64,000 nucleotides of DNA from Octopus vulgaris (GCA_951406725.2 OX597821.1:105276001-105340000); one strand, 5' to 3'; numbered from the stretch's first letter, positions 26,150 to 40,350 are shown. Notes: a model not told the origin generated them from the letters alone. Made by a program: numbers and translations.

Positions 26150-26574
26150 GGATCTTTTGGGTTTGGACAGCAGTTTTTTCTAGCAGTGTCATATGAAATT
26201 GTCACCCATAATTATGACCATAGTATCGATCTATTGCATTTCAATCTGTTTTAGGGTTAGAGTTAGGGTTAGGGTTATGTGTGGGGAAAGGGTATCTTTT
26301 TTCTTCAGAAATGTAATGTAAATAAATCTTTTTCTTAAACGAGGGACATATTCATACGGTACGGAATGTTTTCACCTCAATAGACGTCACTGAGTTGTTG
26401 AAATTGCAGAAATTGAAGAAAAAACAACAAATATCTTACAAACTATAGACTTTCCTTAATAAAGCCACGAGAAAAATATGTTTTATAAACACATTCTACC
26501 AGTATACGAAGTTTAAAAGTGTTTAGTTACGTGGAAATCATTTTTAAAAACTGCCGGTCAAAAAGAAAAGATCC
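26150..26574. mobile_element. MITE with TIRs, copy 2
   Basis: Colinear with copy 1; GGATC...GATCC ends; TSD catatcaa/catgtcaa; internal TTAGGG repeats. Confidence 0.88.
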
Positions 26575-27038
26575 CATGTCAATGTAATGCCCTAATATGA
26601 GTGCATACCAATGTCTAAAACTAGTAAAAGAAAATAGTTTATATCGGAATGTGTAGTTGATCGTACTCAACAATCCTGCATTCGGTAAATATCGTCGCTG
26701 GGCATCAGATAAGGCATTTCTGCGGATTATCAGCAACGTAACAATATGAACGCCTTTCGGAAGATTACTACTAGAATTATGTTAATGGTATTTCAAATAT
26801 ATAATTGCGTTACGTCACATCAAATATTTCAATGGTGGGAATGAAAACTTCTGCAGACGGTTGCATCTCGGACCTTTTGAAAAATATTTCAACTTCGTGA
26901 AATCGTTTTGCCATGTATAACTACACATGATTATAGTTATGAATATATTATGTATATATCCAGATATATGTAAACATCCAGATATATATCAATGCATATA
27001 TGTATACACACACACATATGCATTTACATCTATATATG

Positions 27039-27096
<58 letters not shown>

Positions 27097-27097
27097 A

Positions 27098-28192
27098 ATC
27101 TTCGCTCCCAGCTATAGTTTTATCTAATGTTCGTTGCTTATTTTACATGGAGGGCTAGCCGTATCTAGTAATTTCATACATTAATCAGTATATATATTAC
27201 TACGATGACCCGGTTTTGACTGAAGACTATTTACATATATGTCTGTGTTTGTTGTATCGTCTTCTAAGTGTTATGATTTCTTGTCCCAGTTTGTATTTTT
27301 CTACATATCATAATATATATTCCTGGCGCCACGTACCCTTCTTAACACTTATGTGAGCACATATTCTTGTAAATTTGGTACGACTCTACACTCTGTCTGT
27401 CTCTCTCTCTTACATTTACTTCGCATTCTACGTTGATCTGTCCCCTTCTCTCTCTCTTCTCTCTACTCATCCTCCTTTTCTCTTCTCTTGCCTCTGATTC
27501 TTTGGTCTACTCTTCCCCTACCCTTCCATTTCTTTGTCTTGCTTTGCACTCACAGGTCAATCTTTGACACCCATCCCTTCTCCCCTCTCTAATTCCTTCT
27601 TTCTCTCTCTTCTCCCCCCCCTTGTTGCTTTCGTCCCTCTTCTCTCTCTCTTCCTTCCTTTGTCTCCCTTTCTTTTCTTTTCTTTTCTCTCTTCTCCGTC
27701 ACATGACCGCTGGCCAAATTCCGCCTTTTGGCCTCCGACCAGCGCCGTGACAACATCGTTGTCCTTGTTCGCTGTTAAGGCATTATTTCCAAAATACGCC
27801 AGCCATACTTGTTAGCACTGTTATTAGTCGTAAGACACCTGCTGTTTTTACAATTTTTGCTTTTGTATTTCATGTTTTTGTATTTCATTATTGTTTTTAG
27901 TTTTTTATATTCGTGTGGCACCGTCCGTTTTGCTGTCCCTGTGTTCGTATGCATTCGATCCTTCTTCCAGGAAGTCTACGCTCCTAGCTTAGTTTTTCTA
28001 ATGTTCGTTGCTTAGTTTTTCCTGGAGGGCTGGCCGGATCTAGTAATCTCAAGATTAATCAGCCGAAATTACTACGATGATCCGGTTCTTGACTGAAGAC
28101 TGAGGGCTTCGAATGTCCTGTCTGTGTTTGTTGTATCGTCTTCTAAGTGTTATGCGTTCTTGTCCCAGTTTGTATTTTTCTACATATCATAA
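27098..28192 (+). mobile_element. (TA)n-embedded element with diverged ~215-bp direct terminal repeats (Penelope pLTR-like)
   Basis: 27098-27312 and 27975-28192 are homologous and both end tttttctacatatcat; the CT-rich interior resembles 44050-44280. Confidence 0.7.
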
Positions 28193-28230
28193 TATATATA
28201 TGTATGTATGTATATATATATATGTATATA

Positions 28231-28270
<40 letters not shown>

Positions 28271-28324
28271 TATGTATATATATATACATATATATAGGTA
28301 TGTATATATATACATATATGTATG

Positions 28325-28356
<32 letters not shown>

Positions 28357-28460
28357 AAGGTATGTATATATATATATATACATATATGTATGTATGTATA
28401 TATATATATGTATGTATATATATTTATATATATATATATATATACGTATTAGCTATATTT

Positions 28461-28492
<32 letters not shown>

Positions 28493-29020
28493 GTACTTAT
28501 GGAGTTGGGGATGGTTTGATCAATACGACGACGACGAAAATATTTCTGTATATTTGCATAAATGTACACATCTATAATTCCCCAATTACGTTTTATGTTA
28601 GCATGAATAAAAAAAAAGAATAAAAGTATTACAATATTGAAATATATTTGTTCGTTGAACACTGATCCTTTTTATTCAACATAATGCAATGTATGTGTAA
28701 TACAAATGTTCGAATCCTTTCACTACAATAGAATGCACATTACAACTGGTTGGTACATCAATATATGACTTACAATATTAGGTATATCCGATTCTGTTTT
28801 TATCTGTGCAAACTACATTACAGCAAGCTAATTCCCAAACTAATCACATAAACATGTAGGTCATGTATCAGATGAATAGCAACGGAAACCTCTGTGATAT
28901 TAGGATATTATTTCGTTCGTGACATGGAACGATTCGTAAAAGTACATTATGTGCGTGATCGCATATAGGTAACTGAGGAAGTGTACGTGTGCATCTGTAT
29001 GTATGTATGTATATATACAC

Positions 29021-29122
<102 letters not shown>

Positions 29123-29123
29123 G

Positions 29124-29168
<45 letters not shown>

Positions 29169-29285
29169 ACTTACGCATGTGTACAGATATGTATATATGT
29201 ATATATACATATATACATAGATAGATAGATACATACATATACATATATACACACATGGTGGTGCTATTATATATATATATATAAA

Positions 29286-29329
<44 letters not shown>

Positions 29330-30104
29330 GTAAGTGTGTGTGTGTGCTTGTATTTGTTTACGTAGTGAGTCCCTATATCACAAGCCCTTCATTTTATACT
29401 GCAGAAGATTTTCAGGCATGCTTGAAAATGTTCTGCACTTTCAAGATTACCACTTATATGTATCGTTATATTATACAAATATTTCATCTATTTGAAAATT
29501 ATTTGTTTTTCTTCCTGATGTGGAATAAGAATATTTTGCATTTATATGCCACAAAATAACTTAATAAATCTCGTTAACCCATTCATTACAGAGTGATATG
29601 GAAATTCAGAATGAATCTAATGTGAATTTATACTGTCACTACTTGAATATCTCCAGCTGGGATTCAAATAATAAGGAACTAGTCATAAATGATTAGGTTT
29701 TTCTGTTACATCACTTAAATAATTAAGCTGATCGTTTAATTATTTTCCAGCATCTAAGAGTGTCAAATCTATTTATAATAGTGAACTTAAAAATATAGCT
29801 ACATTAGACCAATCGAATATCCCTCTCTTCCGACAATTGTTTATCTCTGGATATCAGTCAATTCCCATTTAATGAAATAAATTGATACGGCATTGTCCGT
29901 TGATTGTTTTATAAGCCATACACTATGAAATCTTAGCCTATTAAATCTGACTAAAACTCGGCATGGTGTCACAGTCATTGTTTGGTGCAGAAATGACAGG
30001 GTCAATCAACATTCCGCATCTTGCTATTTAAATTTTTAATTCAACCAAAAATAATGGTTTCTTTTTCTTTATGATGTACTTGAGTTATTCATTAACAGAA
30101 AGCA

Positions 30105-30265
30105 CGCATGTAGCACTTTTTGACTGTCTTTACACGTATACTCTGTCGGTGGTCGGAAACAAGGTAAATGATGACTCACCCGATAAAATAACATTTTTCC
30201 ACTGCTCTAGGGCACAATTCTGTAGTTTTTTTTCTACTCCAGTATGTACCACTGTTAACTCTAAT
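30105..30265 (-). mobile_element. Tc1 transposase fragment
   Basis: Reverse complement aligns with about 31390-31525 (peptide SSFTLFPTTDRVYV). Confidence 0.75.
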
Positions 30266-30517
30266 AAATTTGTTCTCTTATATTACGTAAACACTATTTC
30301 TAGAACCATTTCCTATGTTAGATCTAGAACTGCATTTCTACATGTTTATTGAAGTGTATGTATGCATATGTGTATGGAAGTACATGTACGTGTAAATGTA
30401 TGGATATATTCGTATATTTATGGGTATATACAGATATATATATATACATATATATACATATATATATACTTATATATGTACATATATATGTGCATATATA
30501 TGTGCATATATATGTAC

Positions 30518-30550
<33 letters not shown>

Positions 30551-30587
30551 CATATATATACACACATATATATATACACATATATAC

Positions 30588-30618
<31 letters not shown>

Positions 30619-30619
30619 C

Positions 30620-30700
<81 letters not shown>

Positions 30701-30767
30701 GGGATATTTAATATGGTATATACATCTTGATGTAAACGAAACGTACAAATATTTATGTAGAAATATA

Positions 30768-32031
30768 CCGGGGATGGACACAATAATGGATGGACACAAT
30801 AATGGAAAAGCCTAGCGTCATATCACCATAATTTTGAAATATCAATAAAACAGTCTAAACTTTGTTTATTTTTATGTTTTTATGCTTAATATGCTTTGCT
30901 AAAATTGCTGTTTCTTTCAGATATCATCAGAAAAACGTACAGACCCGTCTTCGTCTTTTTTTTCTTTTTGTAAATTCTCATTAAAAGTAATTAAAATTCA
31001 TTAATATGACAGATCTGTCGGACTTTCAAAGAGGTCAAATTGTTGCTGCTAGTAGGCAGGCGCTAGCGTGACGATAACAGCGGACATGTTTGATGTATCA
31101 AGATTTTTTCTCTCGAAAGTGATGACAACCTTTGCAAAAGCGAGAAAAACCTCCTTGGCGAAAAATAAGAAACTCTCGAAAAAAGAATCAAAATTTTCAG
31201 ATATGGACCGTGAGACACTTACACGAATTGTTTGAAAGGATCACAAAAGTGTAGTTCCCAAAATTACTGCAGAGCTTAATGACCACCTTGAGGACAAAGT
31301 TTCCAGAAAAGCTGTTCCCCGGGAGCTGCACAAAGCTGGATTTTAAGGGAGGATTCCACTCAGAAAACAAGTAGTTTCAATAACAAACGTTTTGAGTGGA
31401 GTAAAAATCTACATAATTTGTCTCTAGAGCAGTGCAAGGATGTTATTTTCTCGGACGAGTGATCCTTTACCTTATTTCCGACAACCGGCCGAGTATACGT
31501 GTGGAGACAGCCAAAAGAAGCATTTGATCGAGACTGCCTTCTTCCAACTGTTAAACATGGAGGGTGATCTGTGATGATCGGAGGTGGGGTGCTATAGCAT
31601 GGCAGTCTGTCGGAGCAATGGTTTCCCTTCATAGCAGAATTAATAGTCAAGTTTATTTAAGCATTTAATCTGATCAAGTTCATTTCAAGTTTGCAGAGGA
31701 AAACGCAACCTTTCAGGATGATAATGTACCAATTAACACAGCTAAAGTTCTTACTGAACGGCACGATAATCTCAATGCTTTTTGAAAATTTATATTGCAT
31801 TTCAGAAAAACAAGTGAGGATTCGATATCCGCCACAAACATCATTGGTGTACCGGAGACTGTTTTAGCTGAAGAATGAACAAAAATTCATTTGGAAAAAT
31901 TCAAATTTTGTATAAGTCAATACCTCCTACAATTCAAGCTCTGATTTCTGCTAAAAGCGGCTCTACCCATATTAAAATATATTTTAAAGTTTGAAATTTT
32001 AAGGTATTTTCATTATTTTGTCCCACCCCTG
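30768..32031 (+). mobile_element. near full-length decayed Tc1-like transposon
   Basis: TA-flanked TIRs ccggggatggacacaataatg / cattattttgtcccacccctg; pseudogenic transposase MTDLSDFQRGQIVAA, VIFSDE*SFTLFPTTGRVYVWR, PTVKHG and FQDDN. Confidence 0.92.
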
Positions 32032-32654
32032 TATATATATATATACGTATATGTTTGCGTCTGTGTGTATGTGTGTAACAAACGGATTTTAAATAGGTAT
32101 TTCTTAACATAACTATAGAGTGAGTGACTTATGAGAAGTGGAAATTATTTGAATCAATATATGATGAATAATCGATTAAACCTTGTCCTATGCAATAAGA
32201 TAAAACATTATTTCAATAGAATAAATCAAGACAATTATTTGATCAGTTTCTTGATAACATTATCTTGAATAAGGAATAAGTAAGTTGCTATGAAAAAATA
32301 AAATGAAACTTAGAGTAAGCTTATCAGTGAAAGAGATTCCTGCTGAAGTAGGTTTGAATAAGTTTAGAGAGATCTGTACTCATCCTGAATAAATCTATGC
32401 TACAGAATGAATAAATCAAGCCAAATAAATCTTGAATAGGCATCAGTATTCTATTACCATAGATTAACTTTTCAAGATATATGTTACGTTTAATTAAATA
32501 CAAGAAGATATTTATATATATATACATATATAGTGTCTGGGATATTGTTACGGTAGAAGAAAAGGGAGTTTTTAGCTCCTATTTCTAAATTCGGTATGTG
32601 ATGAAGCAATTAGGTGACCCCTAATTGTAATTATGTTTATAATTATAGAATATT

Positions 32655-32728
<74 letters not shown>

Positions 32729-32734
32729 TATATT

Positions 32735-32910
32735 AGGGTTTCTACGAGATACCACCATGCTGAAAAAAGCAGCCATGACCTGACTCTAAAACCACCTTAA
32801 TTGTCCATATAGCAACACGGAGAAAAACAAAGAGAGTAGATGAAACTAGTGGTTTTATAGTCAGATCATGGCTGCTATTTTCAGCATGGTGGTATCGCGT
32901 AGATACCTTA
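32735..32910. repeat. inverted repeat with ~60-bp arms inside a (TA)n-flanked element
   Basis: ctacgagataccaccatgctgaaaa.agcagccatga.ctgact.taaaaccac and its reverse complement. Confidence 0.85.
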
Positions 32911-33004
32911 ATTTATGATTTTAATAATTATTATCTTTGTATGTTATTTATTCCCTCTGGCCACTTGATGAAATCGTTATTTTATTTAAAATTAACGATC
33001 TTAT

Positions 33005-33041
<37 letters not shown>

Positions 33042-33080
33042 AATATACATATAATATATACATATAATATATATATATAT

Positions 33081-33309
33081 AAGATTAAGGTAAAAAATAA
33101 ATAACACTGAAGCAAAATAACACCAAATATATAGTGCGTGTGTTTTTATTGGCTAAACTGGCAATATGACCATTCCGAAATATAACGATATATATATATA
33201 TATCGTTATATTTCGGAATGATCATATTGCCAGTTTAGCCAATAAAAATACACGCACTATATATTTGGTGTTATTTTGCTTCATGTTATTTATTTTTTAC
33301 ATTAATCTT
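33081..33309. repeat. palindrome with ~107-bp arms and a (TA)n centre
   Basis: Arms are reverse complements with a few mismatches. Confidence 0.9.
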
Positions 33310-33487
33310 AATCTTATTTCGGCCAGGGTTCTTTCGTCACACTTCTGTGACCGCATCAGTGGTCCTTTGTTTTCTTGCTTCTTATTTGTGTCTCTCCTTA
33401 CTAACCGTCAGCCATTTTGTATTTCTATTGTATGTCTTCATTTGCGCATGCTTATATCTCTATGTGCGTCTATATTTATTTAGTGTG

Positions 33488-33608
33488 TGTATGTGGGGGG
33501 AAGCCTGTAATATGTGTATCTTCTGTTTATATGTGTTCATGTAATTTGTATTATATGTATATATTATATGTATATGTATATATATATATTATATGTATAT
33601 ATATATAC

Positions 33609-33683
<75 letters not shown>

Positions 33684-33785
33684 TATATATATATATACAT
33701 ATACATATAATATATACATATAATGCAAATTACATGAACACATATAAACAGAAGATACACATATTACAAGCTTCTCCCCACATAC

Positions 33786-33786
<1 letters not shown>
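33488..33786. repeat. inverted duplication around a (TA)n tract
   Basis: tgtggggggaagcctgtaatatgtgtatcttctgtttatatgtgttcatgtaatttg versus its reverse complement at about 33725-33786. Confidence 0.88.
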
Positions 33787-33857
<71 letters not shown>

Positions 33858-33859
<2 letters not shown>

Positions 33860-34085
33860 TAATTTTTATCGCCATATTAATATGGCAGTCTTATAGATAT
33901 AAGACTAAAGCTGTCGCTGATTAGCTCCATGATGCCATTCCCTTAAGCTAGCTATTTGACACACAAACTGTGTCCATTATAACCTTCGAACAAGGGAGGT
34001 CAGCCGCTTCACACAGCCAGTCAGACAGCTACAGACGCGTTTCAGGGTATTGTTTTAGAGAGACTTAGTAATTTTAATATTTTAA
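33858..34085 (-). mobile_element. diverged relative of family C
   Basis: taatatggcagtc, ctgtgtcc.ttata...ttcgaa and a minus-strand GAAACGCGTC (hammerhead 3' half) in the same order as family C. Confidence 0.55.
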
Positions 34086-34089
34086 TATT

Positions 34090-34222
<133 letters not shown>

Positions 34223-34439
34223 AATACTAAGTAATTAAGGGTTTAGCAACGAATTGCCTCACCAACAGACCGAATTTAGAAATAGCAGTCAAAGAGATAT
34301 AGCTATTCCTTCTACTAAAAGGGGGATCTCAGAAAAAATATACATATAATTTATACATATAATATATTTATATATATTTACATATAATATATACATATAA
34401 TATATATATATACATATAATATATACGTTTAATATATAT

Positions 34440-34471
<32 letters not shown>

Positions 34472-34524
34472 CGCATGTATAAATACATGTATTCCTACAT
34501 ATATATGAATGTGTATATGCATAT

Positions 34525-34975
34525 ACGGGTACAGGACATCGAAAACGTGAACAATATGAGAAACGAGAAGATGAAAAGAAAAAAACTTAGTAAACATGCA
34601 TATTTCTCGAACAACGAAAGAAACAAATAGAGAAACGGTAGGACAAGATGCGTCTTCGTCAAAACAGTCGTTACCGAAAAGTATATAAAATCACATATGC
34701 GATTTGTGGAGTGTTAAATTGGTAACAAATACACGACCGTAAAAACAAACGGTAGGGGTTGTTAAGCCATAAGCCAGTGAAGTGGTGAACGCTTCAGAGA
34801 TAAGCTTTGACAGGAGACAAGCAAAAATGGGTGCTGTCGCTTGTAGTGTAAGGAATAGAAAGAAACGTTTCCTGTCTCGTTTCCCTATTTGCTTCTTTCG
34901 TTGTTCGAAAAAAACTATCGCTTTCCATGTTTTTGTTTTCCATGTTGTCCACGTTTTTTTAACGCCCTGTACACA
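34525..34975. mobile_element. element with diverged long terminal inverted arms
   Basis: tcgaacaacgaaagaaacaaatagagaaacg versus cgtttccctatttgcttctttcgttgttcga; gtacaggac..aaaacgtg versus cacgtttttt..gccctgtac. Confidence 0.65.
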
Positions 34976-35039
34976 TATACCTATGTCTATATACATATAT
35001 ACGTAGGGTCGCACATGCATGTATATATATATATGCATA

Positions 35040-35070
<31 letters not shown>

Positions 35071-35399
35071 TCATATATATATATATATATGTGTGTGTGT
35101 ATATATGCATATATAAATATATATATATACATATATGTATTATTTGTATTATATATGTACATATATACATACATTCACATAAATTTATATATTTATATTC
35201 AATACATCCATGTAAATGTCTGTGTATGTGTATCCTATTGCCTGTTGTCTCTGTTGCGTCCGGTGCTTAGTTCTGCACTCTTAGAGGCAAGAGCTCATTG
35301 GATATCTTCATTCATATGAACATCATCGATATTGAACTTCCATGCAGGAAACAGTCCAAGCCACGGAAAAGGTGATAATGAGATGTTGCACACTCTGGA

Positions 35400-37726
35400 T
35401 TGTAAAATTGAGAATTTGTAATAAACACGATTTGTTTTACTTGAAGTGAAGCAAAAATAATTTATCAATAGATGACATGCCAACAATATCACAGATTGAG
35501 TTATACTGAGAAGGAATATGAAGCAAACAAGATAAAACACAAAAAATGTTCTGTTGTTAAATAAGGAAAAGAAAAGGAAGACCAAATTATCAGCACATGA
35601 CAAACCAAGAGGTGACGGATATACTGAGAACTACCAGAAACAAAATCTCCAGGGGTAGACAATGTCCCCATCTCCTGGCTGAAACACCTTAACTGTACCC
35701 ATTCCCACATCGCCGCAGCATTGATTTTATTAATACGCAAGCCAGAATGAACACCAAACTGGATGCTGTAAGGACAAGCCACCCTAATTCCCAAACAACA
35801 AATTTACCATACATCTCAAATATTATAGGGCAAGAACATACCTATCAACAGCCTACAAACCCCACAAACCAGTGACTTAAAAATACACATGGAAAACAAC
35901 AGTGTTTCACCAGAAGGACAAAAGGGCTAGCACACAGGAATGTATGGTTATAAGGAGCAACTTCTAAGGAAATTCGCTGTCAACTCTGGTTTTCTTTCCT
36001 CCTCTAATCCCGTTAAGAAAACTGTTAACTGTTAAAGTCTGTTAAAGTCTGTTAAAGTCCCAATAAATAATAGATGCTGTCGACAAACAATACATGGACG
36101 ACTTTAAAAGTATAAACTAAAATTACAGGTAAGAGGGGAGCCTTCTAAAATTTTCCATAGTTTCAGCAAGGACATCGAGATGAGCATTGGACTGGATAAG
36201 TGTACCAAAGTGACACTGAGAAGAGGCAAATTAATAAACACTAAAATCACTGAACTCAACATAGATACAGAATTCAGAGAATTAGACCGCAATCATCAAT
36301 ACACCTATTTAGGAATAGATCACAGAGCTGAAATACAATACCGATATGTAAGAGGAGATTAGCAAAATGTATTACAGAAAATTTGGGTTAATACTAAAAT
36401 CTGGACTCAATGGAAAAATAAGATAATAGGGATAAATACGCTTGCTGTATTACAGCTTCAACTGAATGAACTGGAAGGTTTGTGAATTGAGAATGTTAGA
36501 TAAACTAGAAAAGTATTAAATTCATACCGAAGTCAGGCAGACAACATATAACTACTCCGCTCAGAAGGAGGTTATGACCTGAAAGAAAAACATAGCTACT
36601 ATGAAATAAAAACAGTTCAGCTAGAAAAGTACTTAGTAAGAAAAAGTTGAAGACTACTACATGTAATAATGCAACATGTAATAAAGCAACGCTTTTCTTT
36701 AGACACGACGAAGCGAAAAAATGCAAAGCAGAACCAAACTACACTGATACACTGACCTCAGATAACAACATAGAACAAATTGTAAAAGAAACAACAAAGA
36801 CACGAAAAGAGAATTACAAAACATACTAAAGAAGAAATGAAGAGAAAAATCTCTCCATAACCGAATACATGCAAGACTTGACAGAGAAGAGATGAGCCTA
36901 AAATATAAGCCACTAATATCTCAAGATCTCTAGACTAAAAGCTGAAATGGAAGGATTGATCCTCGCCGCCCAAGACTGCCTCGCTGCCTTATCACGAACA
37001 TCTACGGAGGCTAAATACTGAAAACAGATCCTAAAGTAAATTACAGAATATGCAAACAGCATAATCATAGAGTTGACTACATCATCTGTGGCTGTCCAGT
37101 CTTTGCCAACTCTGAAAATATATGGAGACATGCCCGAGGAAGTAGTTACATGCAAAGGATCATATGCCAACACTACAGCATAAAAACTGACGATAAATAG
37201 TATAAAGCCAAAAAAACGTACATGTCACCGACCGGGCCAATTTGATCTGGAAAATGCCTTTTCGAATTGACAAAGAAATAAAAGCGAATCATCTAAACAT
37301 AATGAGCAAGGATTGGGGGACAAAATCCATGTATACTAATAGGAATTGCAGTCCCTTCTGAGCAAAATATAGCCCCGAAAGACTTCGAAATTGAAGTATT
37401 TACGATGTATGGGATGAAGTTGAAAACGGCTTCAGTAATAATCGAAGTATTTGGCATGATAAAAATCATATGAACAACAACGTAGAAGCACTACTTGGAT
37501 TCTGAACACTACACACTAGTCAAAAAATATCCCAGCTAAGAGCATCCCTCATCTTACCCAACACCCTACCAATTCAAAATACAACATATACAAAACAATC
37601 TATAAACACGCAACACAAAATGCTGCACGCGCCACAGCAGCACGGAAGTGTAGCAGGTATTGCAGTAGAAATCTACATAAAACTACCAAGTATTGAATAC
37701 TACTACTACTACTACTACTACTACTG

Positions 37727-37798
<72 letters not shown>

Positions 37799-37825
37799 AT
37801 AATAATAATAATAATAATAATAATT
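35400..37825 (+). mobile_element. heavily decayed R4/Dong-like non-LTR retrotransposon
   Basis: Fragments KSPGVDN...WLKHL, MSIGLDKC, YTYLGI, LKAEMEGLILAAQD and IAVP; ends in an (ACT)n(AAT)n tail at 37697-37825. The 5' boundary is approximate. Confidence 0.8.
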
Positions 37826-39185
37826 ATGCTTTCAAACTACGCTTGATATTTAAAAATTATTTAAAAAGTATATTCAGCTCTTGAATTTTTCATACGGAAA
37901 CATGTGTCAAGCGTAGTTTCATGGAAACGACAAACTCGAACGAGTCACTTTCACAACCCCTCAAATGTCGAATACATAAAAGATAACACGCAACTTCAAA
38001 AACTTCTATAAATTATTCATCATCATATTCTCATTCACAGAAGTTTCCTTTCTGAAGACAAACTGAAAAAAAATATCTCTAATGCACAAATTCCACAAAC
38101 CCAAACTCAAAACCTAAAATAACTAGTTTGGTTTGAACGGAGAGAGGAACAGTGTTATTGTAGCTCTGTTTCTTTCGCTTTCTGCATGTGTGCATATGTA
38201 TATATATATATATATGTAAGTAAGTATGTATTTATGAATGTATGTACGCATCTATGTATATATGTATATGTATGTACGTATGCATGTATGTACGTATATG
38301 AGGCATGCATTAAATCACATTTGAAAATATTTATATGTAACAAGAACGTACATCACAATAGAAGCTGGAGAAAATATGTAATCCTGTATAGCAGGAAATA
38401 TATCAAAACAGTCTGTATCAATTCACTTTTATCCGTATGGAAACTTCAACAGGCAGAAATCGATAATTGGAGCTGGACGGCAAAATTATTTAGTATTCAA
38501 AATTTCACAAAAAGCATAAAAGAATTTCTTATTGAATGAGATTCAATATAACAAAAATCTAAGCGTATTTTGGAACTGTAAATTCCTGTGAGGTTATCAA
38601 TACACAAAAAGCGTTCCTGACAGGAACACGTTCCGATAAATTCTTGAAATGTTGTTGTCAGGGAGGGAATTAATATTATTGAAACAGCTTACAATTAATG
38701 TTGATGCGCATGTAGTATCGAGCTTTAGAAGAAAACAATTATAACATAGATTTTCTATACAGATAAGCTGCAAATGTACGTGGATTCTGCTATATTTCAG
38801 TATTGGCAAAGCAGATTATTCCTTCATATGTCCAAGTTTCTTGTGTTTAGGGTCAGTGAAATACTCGGGGGAAAACGTGACATTGTGAAATTGAATGCTA
38901 TCCAGAAGTGAGTAAAGAATTTGTACGCTTTCTGTTATATCACATATATTGTTTTGGAATTGCTCAAATTGTAATCATTTTTACATGGTGTTTTTTCACC
39001 TTATGTTTTTTATAGAAAAGAGGTGTTGCTTTGTTTATGACATTTTAACTTCACATCTAGGCAAAAAGAGACCGATATTTCATTACGAAGCTTAAAACAA
39101 TAAGCGCCCGTTTCAATTTCTTTTGCTAAAACATTGATGGCGGTGCCGTAATATGCTTGCAGACCAGTGATGGAAGTTAAAAAAA

Positions 39186-39291
39186 GAAAAGGGAAATATG
39201 AGCATAAATAGAAAAGGGAAATATGAGCATAAATAGAAAAGGGAAATATGAGCATAAATAGAAAAGGGAAATATGAGCATAAATAGAAAAG
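39186..39291. repeat. perfect 25-bp tandem repeat, 4.2 copies
   Basis: Unit gaaaagggaaatatgagcataaata. Confidence 0.95.
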
Positions 39292-40074
39292 CTCAACTTT
39301 GGGAACATGAAACTGAAGTTTAAACAAGACACACAACCACCAAGCTGATTTGTAACAATGCAGTATTTCTGAATAAAACTTGCATTTATTTTGACACGCA
39401 CGTATAGACACATTGCCGAAAATGTTTCCGGAAAGGAAGGTTGATTAAATTAATGTCAGTGTTTGATTGGTAATTATTCTCTCAACTCCAGATCAATGAA
39501 TATCAAAGTAGACATCGTAAGGTTTCGAAGGGCGTAAATAATTGGCTCAATGTATTTTCGCCTTCTTTGTGTTCTATCTATCGATAAAGAAAGAGCAAAA
39601 TAAATCGAAAATTTGTTTAATACATCAAGGAATAATTACACTTGATAACTAGTTAATCTATTACCCAAACTTTGTCGACTCCAGAAATGCCGCATCATCA
39701 TCATGTAATGTAGTATATCTGCTATTTTATATAATTACATTTCAATATGGAATTAATAACACGTCGAACGCAATATGATAATGGGATCCTACACTAGGGA
39801 AAAATGTGAGGTCATGTAATTGGATGATTTCAATTGTATCATGCACACGATTTCACTTTTGCTTAGAGTAAATTCTGTTAGTATTCATATAAATGAAAAC
39901 CATGGGAAAATCTTTAGCAAATATTAAGAAATGTGTTGAAGGATTTTTATAAGTATATGTTAAAATGATTAATTACCAGACATAATTAACAGAATGGCTT
40001 ATAGTTATTGTTATGCAGACAAGGGACTATTACGTATTAACACATATCATAGTCACACTCGTCCGAGTACCTGG

Positions 40075-40350
40075 ACTAGCAGTTAGGATGTTGCACTTAA
40101 AGTCGTGAGATCGTCATTTCAATTCCTGGACCGGGCAGTGCGATGTGTTCTTGTGCAAAACACTTCATCACATATTGATCTGCGATCCTTTTGGCACTTG
40201 GCGTGTGGCACACCGAGCACAGTTGCAGGCAACGTCGATTCGATGGAGTAGTGAGCTGACGTGCTCCACATACAGGAGCTTAAAAACCCTTTGTGTAGGC
40301 AGTCCAGTAAAATTTTGCATAATTTTTTTCTCAGACAAATAAAGGCATTC
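40075..40350 (+). mobile_element. degenerate tRNA-headed SINE
   Basis: B-box-like ttcaattcc followed by tgtgttcttgtgcaaaacacttcat. Confidence 0.5.

Noticed and set aside
26230-26275. Telomere or chromosome fusion site
   Set aside because: Only a few TTAGGG units, internal to a MITE.
32960-33005. TTGATGA followed by a hairpin
   Set aside because: GAAA and the cleavage strand are absent; at most a remnant.
39186-39291. CRISPR-like array
   Set aside because: No spacers, no cas genes, and a eukaryotic context.
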